Positions 43,100-52,301 of a stretch of DNA of 64,000 bases are shown piece after piece; positions within the stretch are counted from its first letter, which is position 1; every line of letters starts with the position of its first letter. The DNA is from Candidatus Latescibacterota bacterium (GTDB lineage: Bacteria > Krumholzibacteriota > Krumholzibacteriia > WVZY01). The notes under the pieces are model-generated. The model was not told where the DNA came from. It worked only from the letters and a program-made list of their open reading frames with translations, and made no database searches. The stretch spans positions 32,001 through 96,000 of the forward strand of contig CAWBQK010000010.1 in assembly GCA_963791045.1 (NCBI GenBank), written 5' to 3'. Made by a program: the position numbers and the translations under genes.

Positions 43100-43840
43100 T
43101 TATTCTCTTGGAATCAGCTTGAGCGATTCGGGCAGGCGATAATTATTTACGTGGAAAGTATACGTCCAATGGATGACGGCGCCCAAGCCTTTTCTTGTGT
43201 CGGGCGACACGATCGAACCCGCGGCCGCGGCGAGCGGGTCGTCGTCGAGCGATTCGACGAGTGAAATCAACTCCCCCGTAAGTTTGATCCGCTGCGGCTC
43301 CGGCTGCGTGTGGGCGGGGCAGGCGCAAAGACCTTCATCGGGATGGTAGAACCCGCCGTCGAGCTTTGCCCCGCAAGCGGCGCAACCGCCAAAATCCGGT
43401 GACGCGCCGAGCACGGTGAGGAGCTTCCACTCGAAGGCGAGAAAAAAGAAAACCGGGTCGATGACGTCGGAGGTTTCCAGGTACTCGAAGACAAGATCGA
43501 CGATACGGGATTCGGGGCTCTCCCAAAAACACACCCGGTCGAGAAGTTCGAGAACTGCGAGCGCCGTCGCCATGCGCGAGAGCGATTCGCGGCCCGACTC
43601 GAGAAGCGACCGCACGTTGACCTCTTTTAGAAAATAGAGGGTCCGGCCTTCCCTTCGGTAGTAGACCACTTCGAGGCGTCCGCCCGTTTCGAGCGCCCCT
43701 CTGAAGGGGCTCTTCGGCCCCATCGCCCCTTTGGCGAGAAGCCGGACCTTGCCCGACTCGCGGCCGAGAAACGTGACGAAACGGCTCGTTTCACCCGAGC
43801 GTGTGGTCTTGAGAACGACACCTTCGTCTTTTTGCAGCAT
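43100..43840 (-). CDS. recO: DNA repair protein RecO
   Basis: GVVLK....ETSR.V......GKV..LAKGA; CxxC...CxCxxH zinc site; conserved position upstream of glyQ. Confidence 0.9.
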   Translation of the reverse strand: MLQKDEGVVLKTTRSGETSRFVTFLGRESGKVRLLAKGAMGPKSPFRGALETGGRLEVVYYRREGRTLYFLKEVNVRSLLESGRESLSRMATALAVLELLDRVCFWESPESRIVDLVFEYLETSDVIDPVFFFLAFEWKLLTVLGASPDFGGCAACGAKLDGGFYHPDEGLCACPAHTQPEPQRIKLTGELISLVESLDDDPLAAAAGSIVSPDTRKGLGAVIHWTYTFHVNNYRLPESLKLIPRE

Positions 43841-43849
43841 GTGATTCTG

Positions 43850-45205
43850 TTAAGCGCCGAGGAACGCCACGTAGAAGGTGGCAAACGTCATGTAAATGAT
43901 AAGACCGATGATGTCCGAGGTCACCGTTATGAACGGGCCGGTGGCGATCGCAGGGTCGATCTTCACCCGGTTCATGACCAGGGGGATGAACGCCCCGAGA
44001 AAAGCGGAGACGACCGTGACGGAGAGAAGGGTACAGACAAGAAGAATTCCAAGACTCACGTCCCGCTGCCAGAAGAAAACGATTCCAAAAAGAAGAACGC
44101 CCAGAACGGCGCCATTAAGGACCGTCACCTGCATCTCGCGAAACACACGGCGCCAGATGGACGCGGTTGAGACCTGTCCGAGCGCGATCTCGCGAACGAC
44201 GACCACCGCCGCCTGGATGCCAGTACTCCCCGCGGTACCGATGACAAGAGGAATGAAGAACGCCAGCGTGACCAGCGTCTCCAGCGACACGGCGTAGTGA
44301 CTCATGATGACGGCATTCAACACCTGGCCGAGCATCGCGATGGCAAGCCACGGGAGCCGCGCCCTCGAAATCTTGAGCGGCGACGTTTCGCCGATTTCTT
44401 CCTCGACCGTACCGACGATCCTGGCGATATCCTCCGATGCCTCTTCTTCGACAACGTCGAGAATGTCGTCCGCCGTGATCCGGCCGACGAGCTTGCCCTC
44501 AGCGTCAACCACGGGGAGCGTGAACTCGTCGTACTTTCCAAAGAGGCTCGCGACCTCTTCCTGGTCCATTTCGACGGGGACGCTTATCACATGGTCGTCC
44601 ATGATATCAGCCACGCGGGTGGCGTCATCGTGGAGGAGGAGATCGAGTACCGGCACGCTCCCGACGAGCCGGCCATCCGGCTCAACGACATACACGCTCT
44701 GGATATTCTCGATTTCATCGGCCAGCTGACGCACGAGCGCAATGGCGTCGCGCACCGTCGCGCCCACGCCCACCGCGATCTTCTCGATTTCCATGATACC
44801 ACCCGCGGTATCCTCTTCGAATGTGAGAAGCTCGTGAATCATCTCGCGGTCTTCGACCGGGAGCAACGCGTCGACCTGTTTTGATTTTTCGGGCGGGAGG
44901 TTGGCGATGATATCCGCGGCATCGTCCGACGGCATCTCTCCGAGCAGAGACACCACTTCCGAATCGGTGAGCAATTCAAGAAGCGCCTGACCCGAGTGCT
45001 CGTCGATTGCGGTCAGGACCTCAGCCGCCGTCTCGGTGCCCAGCGCCTTGAGCACGCGCGCCTGCACCTCTTTGTCGAGCCCCTCGAGAATATCTGCGAT
45101 ATCCGCGGGGTGGTGCGGCTCGAGCAACTCGGCAAGCGCGATCATATCGCCGCGCTCAACGAGATCGCGGACCTGTTCGGTGGTTTCTTCGTGGATGTCG
45201 CTCAT
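43850..45205 (-). CDS. mgtE: Magnesium transporter MgtE
   Basis: HPADIAD, EDTAGGIM, CBS pair, RARLPWL, IDPAIATGPFITVTSDI. Confidence 0.95.
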   Translation of the reverse strand: MSDIHEETTEQVRDLVERGDMIALAELLEPHHPADIADILEGLDKEVQARVLKALGTETAAEVLTAIDEHSGQALLELLTDSEVVSLLGEMPSDDAADIIANLPPEKSKQVDALLPVEDREMIHELLTFEEDTAGGIMEIEKIAVGVGATVRDAIALVRQLADEIENIQSVYVVEPDGRLVGSVPVLDLLLHDDATRVADIMDDHVISVPVEMDQEEVASLFGKYDEFTLPVVDAEGKLVGRITADDILDVVEEEASEDIARIVGTVEEEIGETSPLKISRARLPWLAIAMLGQVLNAVIMSHYAVSLETLVTLAFFIPLVIGTAGSTGIQAAVVVVREIALGQVSTASIWRRVFREMQVTVLNGAVLGVLLFGIVFFWQRDVSLGILLVCTLLSVTVVSAFLGAFIPLVMNRVKIDPAIATGPFITVTSDIIGLIIYMTFATFYVAFLGA

Positions 45206-45261
45206 AACACAGGATCGTAGAAGACGGGCGGGGATTATACAAGCGGTTTTGAGCGGGCCGG

Positions 45262-45873
45262 TCAACTTCCCGGCGGCGATTCACCCGTAAGGAGCGGCGG
45301 GGCGAAAGCGCCCCCCGAAATCACGATTTTCATCGCCTCTTCGACATTGATCGGGAGCGGAAAGGTCTCGCGAATCGGAATCATCAGCATGAACCCCGAC
45401 GTAGGGTTGGGCGTGGTGGGGATAAACACGTTTATCAGCTCCTGCCCGACCTTCTCGCTCACGGGGCCGACCTTCTCGTTGGTGACAAACGCGATCGCGA
45501 ATGAATCGTGGTGCGGGTACCTTATCAAAACAACACGCTGAAACGCCGTCTTCTTGTCGGCGAGAAACACCTCGCTGAGTTCCTTGGAGGCCGAGTAGAT
45601 GCGCCGGATGATGGGGAGCCTGCGGAGCATTCTTTCTCCCACGGCAATCACACGGCGCCCGATGAGATTGCTGGCGAGAAAACCGGTGATAAGGATAAGA
45701 AGGAGCACAACCACGAAACCGATCCCCGGAACGTCGATCAGCGGGAATTTCCTCTGGAACGGTTCGATGATGTTGTCGATGGTGATAAAGATCTTGTAGA
45801 CCAGCCAGCCGGTCACCACGGTGGGGGCCAGTACGAGCAGTCCCGTCAAAAAGTAGCGTCTCAACACCTTCAC
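45262..45873 (-). CDS. DUF502 domain-containing membrane protein
   Basis: RRYFLTGLLVLAP; VFIPTTPNPTSGF; EEAMKIVISGG. Confidence 0.9.
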   Translation of the reverse strand: MKVLRRYFLTGLLVLAPTVVTGWLVYKIFITIDNIIEPFQRKFPLIDVPGIGFVVVLLLILITGFLASNLIGRRVIAVGERMLRRLPIIRRIYSASKELSEVFLADKKTAFQRVVLIRYPHHDSFAIAFVTNEKVGPVSEKVGQELINVFIPTTPNPTSGFMLMIPIRETFPLPINVEEAMKIVISGGAFAPPLLTGESPPGS

Positions 45874-45898
45874 TGTTGTGCTCCAGCGTCGGGGATTA

Positions 45899-47164
45899 TC
45901 AAGTGTTCGAATCCGGATTCCGCCGGAACGAACTTAACCCTTTGATCCGAACCTTGTCTATCCTTTGTCTCACAACCGATTCGATCCGAAACTCGAGTCC
46001 GCGCGTCTCGAAAACCTCACCGACACGCGGAACCCTCCCGATGGCTTCGTAGAGAAAACCGCCGAGCGTATCCGCGTCTCCCTCTTCCAAATCTATGCCG
46101 GCCGTCTCGTCGAGTTCATCGAGACGAATTCTCCCGCTGGACACGATTATATCCTCATCAACCACGAGGACGAGCGCCTCTTCGGAGTCGAATTCGTCTT
46201 GTATGTCGCCAACGAGTTCTTCGAGAACATCCTCGAGCGTCACCATTCCCGCCGTCCCTCCGTATTCGTCGACGGCGATGGCAATGTGGATCCGTTTCTT
46301 TCTGAACTCGGCGAGGAGGTCGTCGATCATTTTCGATTCGGGGACGAAGAACACCTCCCGCATGATATCGGAGAGCAAAAACTCCTCGTCATCGACAATT
46401 CTTTTGAGAACGTCCTTGGTGTGCACCACACCCACCATCCGGTCGATACTATCGTCGTATACCGGTATCCTCGAGTGACCGGCGTCGACGAGAAGGTTGA
46501 GCACTTCTTCGGGATTGGTGTGAACGTTTACCGCCACCATGTCGATCCGCGGCACCATTACTTCCCTCACCTTGGTGTCGCCGAAGTCGAACACACTCGA
46601 CACGAGCTGCTGTTCGTCGATTTCTTCGTCATTGTCTTTGTAGCCGTAGAGCTCGATCCTGCGTTTGAGCGGAAGGATGGGAAAAGACATCCCGTCGAGA
46701 AGACCGGGCGCCGTCCGCTTCAAAAGCGCCACGCCGGCAAAAACCACCGGTTTCAAGATGTAGATTACCGGATAGGTAATATACTTGGTTCGCTCGATAA
46801 ATCCGTCCGGGTCGCGAAGCGAGATAAGTTTCGCGGCGAGAAGCGGCACGAAAAGCGAGAGAAAAACGACAAGAAAAAGGCCGGGGGCGAACAGGTTTCC
46901 CTCGAGGAGATATACCGACGCCAACCGGCATGCGAAGAATACCAGAAGCGTTAGCGCCAGGATACGGCCAAGCCCGAGCGAGAGATAGTGATTTACCGGT
47001 TGACCGAGGAGATGATCGATAAACCGCGGCTTGTCACCGTTCTCTTCGCCGTTCTTTTCGGTATAGCGCCAGGAGAGGATTTCTACGGCGGAGTAGGTCC
47101 CGGAGAGAATCCCGAAGACCAGACCCGAAAGTGCAAGGAGTACCAACTCGATTTCTGAACCCAT
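45899..47164 (-). CDS. Hemolysin family / CNNM-CBS-CorC_HlyC protein
   Basis: N-terminal TMs; VREVMVPRIDM, GHSRIPVY, AVDEYGGTAGMVTLEDVLEELVGDIQDEFD; CorC C-terminal domain. Confidence 0.9.
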   Translation of the reverse strand: MGSEIELVLLALSGLVFGILSGTYSAVEILSWRYTEKNGEENGDKPRFIDHLLGQPVNHYLSLGLGRILALTLLVFFACRLASVYLLEGNLFAPGLFLVVFLSLFVPLLAAKLISLRDPDGFIERTKYITYPVIYILKPVVFAGVALLKRTAPGLLDGMSFPILPLKRRIELYGYKDNDEEIDEQQLVSSVFDFGDTKVREVMVPRIDMVAVNVHTNPEEVLNLLVDAGHSRIPVYDDSIDRMVGVVHTKDVLKRIVDDEEFLLSDIMREVFFVPESKMIDDLLAEFRKKRIHIAIAVDEYGGTAGMVTLEDVLEELVGDIQDEFDSEEALVLVVDEDIIVSSGRIRLDELDETAGIDLEEGDADTLGGFLYEAIGRVPRVGEVFETRGLEFRIESVVRQRIDKVRIKGLSSFRRNPDSNT

Positions 47165-47194
47165 CTATAAGTGGAACAACCCGAGGGCACGGGG

Positions 47195-47689
47195 TCAAAA
47201 AAGTTCCTCCACCTCCGCGGGGCTGAGATATTCAAGCAACAGACGTTTTTCCTCCGCTTCCATCCTGTCGAAATCCGCTCCCGTTACGTGAACGTATCCG
47301 AGAACGTGGAGGAAACCATGCACGCCGATCCGGAGAAACAAGTGTTCCGGAGCGATACCCTTTTCACGCGCTTGTGTCTGAATGGTTTCGAACGAAATAT
47401 ATACTTCCCCAATTATCCGTTCCAGGTCTTCCGGTGATTCCCCGTCGTCGAGGTCGTCGATATACGAGAATGAAATCACATCGGTGGCCCGGTCTGTGTC
47501 GCGGTAATCGCGGTTGAGTTCGCGGATAAACGTGTCGTCGACGATGGTCACCTCGACCACCGCGTCCTCCGGTTGGAGAGAGGCGGCGCTCATGCCTAGC
47601 CGATCGGCGATCCGCCCATCGAGCCAGTCGATCTTAGCCGTGTTGCACCGGTCATGCCGGTTTAACGAGAGCTTCACTCTCTTTGCCAT
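47195..47689 (-). CDS. ybeY: rRNA maturation RNase YbeY
   Basis: IRELNRDYR..D.ATDVISF and HGFLHVLGYVH metal-binding motif. Confidence 0.92.
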   Translation of the reverse strand: MAKRVKLSLNRHDRCNTAKIDWLDGRIADRLGMSAASLQPEDAVVEVTIVDDTFIRELNRDYRDTDRATDVISFSYIDDLDDGESPEDLERIIGEVYISFETIQTQAREKGIAPEHLFLRIGVHGFLHVLGYVHVTGADFDRMEAEEKRLLLEYLSPAEVEELF

Positions 47690-49916
47690 CCCCCTTCTCC
47701 TGCCCGGGGTAGGCGACACGCTTGTGGTAAATACCGGTGAGAATGGCGATGAACTTATCCTTGGTCTTCGCGACATCGTTGAGCGTCAGCCCACTGTCAT
47801 CGAGCTGACCCTCCTGCGCCCGTGCATCGACGAGCTTGACGACCATGTTGCGAATGCTGGTTGGGGTCGGATCCTTTAGCGAGCGGCACGCCGGTTCGAC
47901 GGTGTCCGCAAGCATGAGAATCGCCGCTTCCTTGCTCGCCGGTTTCGGCCCCGGATACCGGAAGTCATCCTTGTTGACACTCGAATGCGAATCGGTGTCG
48001 AGGGCTTTCTGGAAGAAATACGCCATCACGGTGGTTCCGTGGTGCTGCTTTATCGCATCCAACACCAGCTCGGGAAGTTTTTCCTCGCGGGCGAGTTCGA
48101 CCCCGTCCTTGACGTGCGAAAGCAGAATCGTCCGGCTCATCTGCGGCGTGATCTTTTCGTGTTTGTTGAATCCGGACTCCTGGTTTTCCGCGTAGTACTC
48201 GGGTTTGAAAATCTTTCCAATGTCGTGATAATACGCCATGACACGCGCCTTGAGCGGATCGGCGTCGATGTCCGACGCAATAGAATCAACGAGATTACCA
48301 AGCAGCATCGCGTGATGATACGTGCCCGGCGCCTCCATGTTGAGACGCTTGAGAACGGGCTTGTTGAGATCGGTCAGTTCAAGAAGCGCGAAACGGGTCG
48401 TCACGTTAAAAATAGCTTCAAAAATCGGAAGGAGGAACATCGCGGCCAGGCTGCAGAACAACGCGTTGCCGAACGCCCAGAGAATCGTCATGTAGAAATC
48501 GGAAAACTTCAATAGCTGGCCGAGCTGCGTGCCGACGATGCCGACCAGGTAAGCCGCCGAGACAGCGATAAAAATCGTATAGAAATGGCTCCGCGATCGC
48601 ATCTGCATAAGTCCCATCACCGCGGCGGTACCGGCGAGAAGAGACGAGAAGACCACGTTTGACCCAGTGTTTGTGACAAGGGGGAGCAGCACGCAGGCAA
48701 AAACCGTCGTGGCAAGACCCAGCTTGAAATCGAACAGTGACGTGATCATCACCGACACCAGCGCGACGGGGATGAGATAAGGATTGAGCCCGAGCCTGAT
48801 GACGGCGGCGGTAAAAACAAGAAACAACATAAAAACGGTGACCAGCGCGGCCATCTTTGCGAGATCAAAATAGAGCCGGGAACGGAAAGCGAATATGTAT
48901 CCTCCAACGAGCAGACCGAAAAGAAACAGGCGGATCACCTCGCCCACATAGAGACCCACAATAAGAAGCGGCGAGGTTTCGCCCTTGAGTCCGCGTCGCG
49001 TGTCTTCGAGCGCGGCGAGCATCTTTTCCTGCTCGTCGGATACCTTGTCGTGTTTTGAAATTATCCTCTGGTTCTTCGATATCTTTACGGTCTTCTCCAC
49101 CTCGGCGATGGCGAACTCCCTGCGCGCCTGGGTTTCACTCGTGTCGAGAATGAGGTTTGGCCTGAGGTGAACCTTGGCGATTTCGGCAAACGCCTGGGCG
49201 CGGTCTCTTTTCTTTTCGAAACGCCGCAGCGACTCCTCGCGTGTGAGACGATCGATGCCGCCCTGTTCGATAACGTTGTCGACCGACAACCGCCGCTCCT
49301 CGGCGCCGTCTATGACGGCAATTTCGGTGTACGCGCGCGCCCGAAGCGGGCCGGCGTTATCGATCATTCCGCGGGAGAACACCCGTTTCTGGTACTCGAG
49401 CGTTTCGGTGCGGATCGAGGCCAGACGGACCGGGTCGAACAGCTCGCTCACGAGGCTTGTGGATACGTACGGCACCTGCGCCTCAACCATACGGATACGG
49501 GTGTCATCGGTAAGCGTGTCCATTCTCGAAATCGTTCCGAGGCTGTCGAAGAGCTCGGTGAGATCCTCCGTGAGTCCGGATTCGATAGACCGGTCGCGAA
49601 CGTAAACCGGCGGGACTTTCAGAAGAGCGCCGGCCTTGCGAACATCGAGTTCGGCGCCGGACAGGGGCACTTCGAAGTCGAACGGCGCAATGATCGTCCT
49701 GTCGGCGATTTCACCCCGTTTGAGCGTGACGTCGCGCGCGGACTTCGTCGGCGGAAAAAGAGCAACGGTCGCGGCGACAAAAAGGGCGAGCAGACCGATA
49801 CGCGGGAGAATTCCCCGGTACATCTCCTGTCTGAACCTCAGACGAAAACGTCTCGAAAACTTCTCGGCACGTCCGTTCCGGGTTCTGCCCCGGCGGCGCC
49901 AGTAAAACGGTCTCAT
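47652..49916 (-). CDS. 7TM-HD (HDIG) phosphohydrolase, PgpH-like c-di-AMP phosphodiesterase
   Basis: Extracellular domain, 7 TMs, EAPGTYHH, YYHDIGK, QHHGT, FRYPGPKP, LAD; conserved phoH-HD-ybeY order. Confidence 0.88.
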   Translation of the reverse strand: MRPFYWRRRGRTRNGRAEKFSRRFRLRFRQEMYRGILPRIGLLALFVAATVALFPPTKSARDVTLKRGEIADRTIIAPFDFEVPLSGAELDVRKAGALLKVPPVYVRDRSIESGLTEDLTELFDSLGTISRMDTLTDDTRIRMVEAQVPYVSTSLVSELFDPVRLASIRTETLEYQKRVFSRGMIDNAGPLRARAYTEIAVIDGAEERRLSVDNVIEQGGIDRLTREESLRRFEKKRDRAQAFAEIAKVHLRPNLILDTSETQARREFAIAEVEKTVKISKNQRIISKHDKVSDEQEKMLAALEDTRRGLKGETSPLLIVGLYVGEVIRLFLFGLLVGGYIFAFRSRLYFDLAKMAALVTVFMLFLVFTAAVIRLGLNPYLIPVALVSVMITSLFDFKLGLATTVFACVLLPLVTNTGSNVVFSSLLAGTAAVMGLMQMRSRSHFYTIFIAVSAAYLVGIVGTQLGQLLKFSDFYMTILWAFGNALFCSLAAMFLLPIFEAIFNVTTRFALLELTDLNKPVLKRLNMEAPGTYHHAMLLGNLVDSIASDIDADPLKARVMAYYHDIGKIFKPEYYAENQESGFNKHEKITPQMSRTILLSHVKDGVELAREEKLPELVLDAIKQHHGTTVMAYFFQKALDTDSHSSVNKDDFRYPGPKPASKEAAILMLADTVEPACRSLKDPTPTSIRNMVVKLVDARAQEGQLDDSGLTLNDVAKTKDKFIAILTGIYHKRVAYPGQEKGDGKESEALVKPA

Positions 49917-50887
49917 GCGTTTTGGTTCCCCGTGTTATCGCCGTTGTTGGCAAAGGCATCAATGATCTTTTGCACCAGCCGATGCCGCACAACATCTTCG
50001 GTCGTCATGTAAATAAATTCGATCCCCTCGACGCCGGAGAGAATCCGTTCGGCTTCGACGAGCCCCGATCGCGTAGGCGGGTCGAGATCGATCTGCGTGA
50101 CGTCGCCGTTTATGATCGCTTTCGCCCTCTTCCCGAGACGGGTCAAAAACATTTTCATTTGCATCCGCGTCGTATTCTGAGCCTCGTCAAGAATGACGTA
50201 GGCATTGTTGAGCGTGCGCCCCCTCATGTACGCCAGCGGGGCGATTTCTATAGTGCCGTTTTCCTGGTACTTCTGGGTCTTGTCCGGGCCGATCATGTCG
50301 AACAGCGCGTCGATGACGGGCCGCATGTAGGGATCGAGCTTCGCCTGAAAGTCGCCCGGCAGAAACCCCAGGCTCTCCCCCGCCTCGACCACCGGTCTGA
50401 CCAGAAAAATCCGGTCTATCTCTTTGCGCTTGAGCGCCGCGACGGCGCTCGCCACGGCGAGGTACGTCTTGCCCGTCCCAGCCGGTCCGATCGAGAAAAC
50501 GATGTCGTGTTTGCGAATCGCCTCCGCGTAGGCCTTCTGGTTTAAGGTTCGCGGCTTGATCGCCTGCCCGTTCCTCGTGACCACCACGGTGTCGCGATCG
50601 AGTTCGTCGTACCGCGAAACCTCCGCCGCGATATCCGCTTTGAGAAGCCGGCGGAAATCCCGTTCGGAAACCACCCGGCCCTTCTTCGCGATTTCGATCA
50701 CGTGCCCAAAGAATTCGGTAAGCGACCGGATATCGTCTTCGCTTCCCCGGAGGATGATCTCGTCACCACGAACAACCACCACTCCCGGAAATCTCTTTTC
50801 GAGTATACCCAGATGGCTTTCTCTTTGTCCAAATAGCTTCAGAGGGTCTACCCCGGAAAAGGAAAGAACCCTCTTCTTGGTTTTCAA
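49913..50887 (-). CDS. phoH: PhoH family protein
   Basis: [45 protein letters not shown] start after GGAGG. Confidence 0.93.
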   Translation of the reverse strand: MKTKKRVLSFSGVDPLKLFGQRESHLGILEKRFPGVVVVRGDEIILRGSEDDIRSLTEFFGHVIEIAKKGRVVSERDFRRLLKADIAAEVSRYDELDRDTVVVTRNGQAIKPRTLNQKAYAEAIRKHDIVFSIGPAGTGKTYLAVASAVAALKRKEIDRIFLVRPVVEAGESLGFLPGDFQAKLDPYMRPVIDALFDMIGPDKTQKYQENGTIEIAPLAYMRGRTLNNAYVILDEAQNTTRMQMKMFLTRLGKRAKAIINGDVTQIDLDPPTRSGLVEAERILSGVEGIEFIYMTTEDVVRHRLVQKIIDAFANNGDNTGNQNA

Positions 50888-50978
50888 TCCGCGAACACCT
50901 CCGATGACGCTGCCACCCGCGAACCCCGGCAAACACGCCAATTACCCTTTAGAACTAAAGGGATTCCAAAGAATCCCC

Positions 50979-51008
50979 ATAATACAAAACTCCTGGAATA
51001 ACGCGCAA
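50979..51008 (-). promoter_or_regulatory. Putative sigma-70 promoter for the phoH operon
   Basis: TTGCGC-18 bp-TATTAT on the minus strand. Confidence 0.45.
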
Positions 51009-51262
51009 GGCGCCTCTTCCAAGAGCCGGTTTTTTACTCTTTTTTTTATTCGACCATGGTCCTCTCCCCTAAGGCCCATACAAATAATAGGCCAAATCGT
51101 GACACGGCGCAATCCCCACGCCCAACAACACTCTTAACCTGTTTTTTTATAAATAGATAGAGCCCACCTGTGGAATTTCACCCAGACGGTTTTGACGGTC
51201 CGGCGCCGGTTGGGAAGACAAAACGGAGAGCAAAACCGGCAAAATTCCGCCGTTTTGCGCCG

Positions 51263-51829
51263 TCAGTCGGTTGGCCAGTCACGCGGGATGACAAGGACGG
51301 TATCCGGGAACACGTAGAACGGATCGTCGACCTTATCCTGATTTGCCTCAAAGATTTTCCACCACTTCTCGACATCGTTGTAGACCTCGGGGAAGCTGGC
51401 GATCAGCGACATGCTCTCGCCGTCCTTGACGGTCCATGTCGAAGGCAACGCTTTGACCTCCGAGATCAGATCGTTGAGGGTCCGGATTTCCGCTTCGAGC
51501 CTGAGTACTTCGCGCTCGACCGGATCGATGGCGAGCCGGGTCGCGTCGATCGCTTCCCGGGTATCCTTGAGTTCTTGTGTTTTAGCTTCGAACTCCTGTT
51601 GCGTTCTCGTGAGTTCAATACCGATCTCTTCACAGTACTGATTTTTCTTTTTGTCTGACAATTCGGCGATCTCGTCCTCGCCATAGTATTCCCCGGCGGA
51701 AACGTCGACCTCCCTCTTCTTCGTGCCGCTACATCCGCCCGACACAAACGCCAGCGGCGCCACGAGAGCCGCGACAATCACAAAGGCCAGAAATGTTTTC
51801 ATAATATTTGTCATGTGTTGTCCACCCAT
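51263..51829 (-). CDS. Coiled-coil lipoprotein with C-terminal LysM domain
   Basis: Lipobox SGGC; coiled coil; WTVKDGESMSLIA...VY.D...WWKIFEANQD......VFPDTVLVIP. Confidence 0.82.
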   Translation of the reverse strand: MGGQHMTNIMKTFLAFVIVAALVAPLAFVSGGCSGTKKREVDVSAGEYYGEDEIAELSDKKKNQYCEEIGIELTRTQQEFEAKTQELKDTREAIDATRLAIDPVEREVLRLEAEIRTLNDLISEVKALPSTWTVKDGESMSLIASFPEVYNDVEKWWKIFEANQDKVDDPFYVFPDTVLVIPRDWPTD

Positions 51830-52188
51830 CAGGAACCCGCCGTCGTTTCAGTCGTTTCTTCTTCAACCGGCTTTACGGTTACGCCGCTGGCCTTCTTCAG
51901 CCGTTCGAGTTCGGCCTGGAGCACGGGAACCTGCGTGCTCTTGTTGTCGCGCTGCGCTTCCCAGTCGGCAAGCTCGGCTTCCACCGTCGCAAGCCGTTCA
52001 TTGGCCTTGGCGAGCTGCGCATCGAGGTCCCGGATATCCGACTTCAATTCCTCAATATCGATGGGCGTGACGGTGCAAACTTTTGGTGCCGCACATCCCA
52101 AAATAGCAACGAGGGAGCAGAGCGCCACGAAAAGCACCACACGTTGAAAGATATTGTGTCTCACCCGCGTCATCTCCTTTACCATCAA
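51829..52188 (-). CDS. Small coiled-coil lipoprotein, hypothetical
   Basis: Lipobox ILGC followed by heptad repeats (IEELKSDIRDLDAQLAKANERLATVEAEL). Confidence 0.7.
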   Translation of the reverse strand: MMVKEMTRVRHNIFQRVVLFVALCSLVAILGCAAPKVCTVTPIDIEELKSDIRDLDAQLAKANERLATVEAELADWEAQRDNKSTQVPVLQAELERLKKASGVTVKPVEEETTETTAGS

Positions 52189-52227
52189 TTTCGTGGGGTT
52201 TGAAATCGTGGGGGAAAAGTCGTTGGT

Positions 52228-52257
52228 AGGGTAACAACCCTATGTGGCGTCTGTCAA
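52228..52257 (-). promoter_or_regulatory. Putative sigma-70 promoter for the lipoprotein pair
   Basis: TTGACA-18 bp-TACCCT with TG extension on the minus strand. Confidence 0.45.
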
Positions 52258-52301
52258 GGCGATTCTGGCATCGAGCGCCACCCACCGTCCCACAATTCCA
52301 C

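Noticed and set aside
45234-45266. Internal promoter before mgtE (TATAAT)
   Set aside because: The nearest TTGACC is 20 bp away and there is no correctly placed TG extension, so support is weak.
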